In this document: positions 63,092-64,000 of the stretch, piece by piece
Numbering within the stretch: position 1 is the stretch's first letter
How the letters are laid out: the number at the start of each line of letters is the position of its first letter
Source: Gammaproteobacteria bacterium
Lineage (GTDB): Bacteria > Pseudomonadota > Gammaproteobacteria > Burkholderiales > Nitrosomonadaceae
Direction: 5' to 3'
Length of the DNA stretch: 64,000 nt
Assembly: GCA_015709615.1 (NCBI GenBank)
Contig: CP054179.1
Span: 278,785 to 342,784 of the forward strand
Notes under the pieces: model-generated
What the model was told of the DNA's origin: nothing
Database searches by the model: none
The model's input: only the letters and a program-made list of their open reading frames with translations
Position numbers and translations under genes: made by a program

Positions 63092-63670
63092 ATGAGAGTT
63101 TGCGGCATATATATGATTAAGCATGTCCAATCAGGAAAGATGTATATCGGTCAATCACGGAATATTTCTAAAAGATGGAATGATCACCTCCGTTACGGGA
63201 ATTCCCGCATCGGAAAAGCGATAAGGAAGTACGGGAAAGAACGATTTTATTTTGAGGTTTTAGAATTGTGTCATCCGAATGATCTTAACGACAAAGAAAT
63301 TTACTACATAGGTAAATTTGATTCTGTCAGGAATGGCTACAACATATTGCCTGGTGGCGGACAGTTCGATATGCCGGAATCTGTGAAGATCAGAATAGGG
63401 AATTCCCAAAGAAAACGATACGCCAAAAGACCGCCAAAGTGCTTTGTTACGTTTTCAGGTGGAAAGCAAAATGCTATGCCATTAAACGTCAGGCCAAAAA
63501 TTCTCAGTACCGATCAAGTAGTGTTTTCAGATTACCAAGCAAGAATAATAATCGATCATATGTTTAAGCCACATTATCGAGATAACAAGATTGGTGCTGA
63601 ACTTTGGAATATCGATGGCGCTGACAAGGAAATGGTTATAAACGCACTATTCAGATCACAACTAGCTTAG
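63092..63670 (+). CDS. GIY-YIG nuclease (free-standing homing-endonuclease-like)
   Basis: 192 aa. CGIYMIKHVQSGKMYIGQS...R...H, NGYNILPGG motifs. Confidence 0.8.
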   Translation: MRVCGIYMIKHVQSGKMYIGQSRNISKRWNDHLRYGNSRIGKAIRKYGKERFYFEVLELCHPNDLNDKEIYYIGKFDSVRNGYNILPGGGQFDMPESVKIRIGNSQRKRYAKRPPKCFVTFSGGKQNAMPLNVRPKILSTDQVVFSDYQARIIIDHMFKPHYRDNKIGAELWNIDGADKEMVINALFRSQLA

Positions 63671-64000
63671 TTATTATTCTGTTTCTTCCTGATTTTTATC
63701 ACCTCGGCGGCATCCTTCAACCCAGCAGCAGTTAACATAGCGCTTGTTGCTGTATTCACGCTCTCACGCACCGGATCAAGATCAAGCCGGGCATAAATAG
63801 CCGTTGTGTTTTGGTGCTTATGATTCAGTGATTTCCCTATAATAGCCAGAGACGCACCGGTTTTAGCCTGCCAGCTACCGAGTGTACGGCGAAGATCATG
63901 GATTCTTAGGTTATCGATTCCAGATCGAGCGAGTATCCTTGCCCACCCTTTTCGTGGTTCAGCTAAGTGCCCATTCTTACCGGTCCCCGGAAAAACAAAC
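63667..64000 (-). CDS. int: tyrosine integrase, C-terminal part (5' end outside the window)
   Basis: Hand translation of the minus strand: ...IHDLRRTLGSWQAKTGASLAIIGKSLNHKHQNTTAIYARLDLDP...KKQNNN*. Shows the HxLRxT and H..(x)..Y catalytic motifs. The stop at 63667-63669 overlaps the GIY-YIG gene's stop. Confidence 0.85.
   Translation of the reverse strand, partial: FVFPGTGKNGHLAEPRKGWARILARSGIDNLRIHDLRRTLGSWQAKTGASLAIIGKSLNHKHQNTTAIYARLDLDPVRESVNTATSAMLTAAGLKDAAEVIKIRKKQNNN

Larger units (their letters stand above)
5525..64000. mobile_element. integrated temperate phage (prophage), right end beyond the window
   Basis: Continuous phage gene content from just 3' of tRNA-Lys to the window edge: virion, lysis, replication, immunity, recombination, xis and int modules. 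Confidence 0.9.

Overview
The first ~5.5 kb is ordinary chromosome. It carries galU, galE, a cysD-cysN(C) sulfate-activation operon (all minus strand) and a tRNA-Lys(UUU) gene at 5449-5524. From just downstream of the tRNA to the window end (about 5525 to beyond 64000) the sequence is one large temperate-phage genome. The right junction lies outside the window, so attL/attR cannot be confirmed. The prophage has a minus-strand virion module: small and large terminase, portal, scaffold, N4-gp56-type major capsid, decoration protein, adaptors, many tail or fibre-like genes, an Rz/Rz1 spanin pair, a GNAT, internal-virion proteins and a 4654-aa polyvalent protein. It also has a minus-strand early-right operon: Cro-like, CII-like, an iteron-bearing replication initiator, a loader-like protein and a nin-like block with RusA. 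A plus-strand arm carries a CI-like repressor, morons, YqaJ exonuclease, RecT, RdgC, an SMC-like ATPase, accessory genes, Xis and a GIY-YIG nuclease. A tyrosine integrase is cut by the window edge. From memory, the layout and the giant protein resemble Bcep22-type podophages. The most unusual element is a 1.17-kb almost ORF-free block (46463-47632) inside the early operon. It is packed with long-range complementarities, three of which are closed by the same 9-nt sequence, and it contains a tRNA-like T-arm and anticodon-arm mimic and a 44-codon hydrophobic ORF. I consider it a candidate large structured RNA or another unclassified cis element. Other notable points are a +1-frame ORF with a perfect Shine-Dalgarno inside the giant gene, a prophage-borne PEP-CTERM protein, a secreted NQFG-repeat moron, a perfect 89-bp tandem duplication, an apparent frameshift and an AT-rich int-proximal island.
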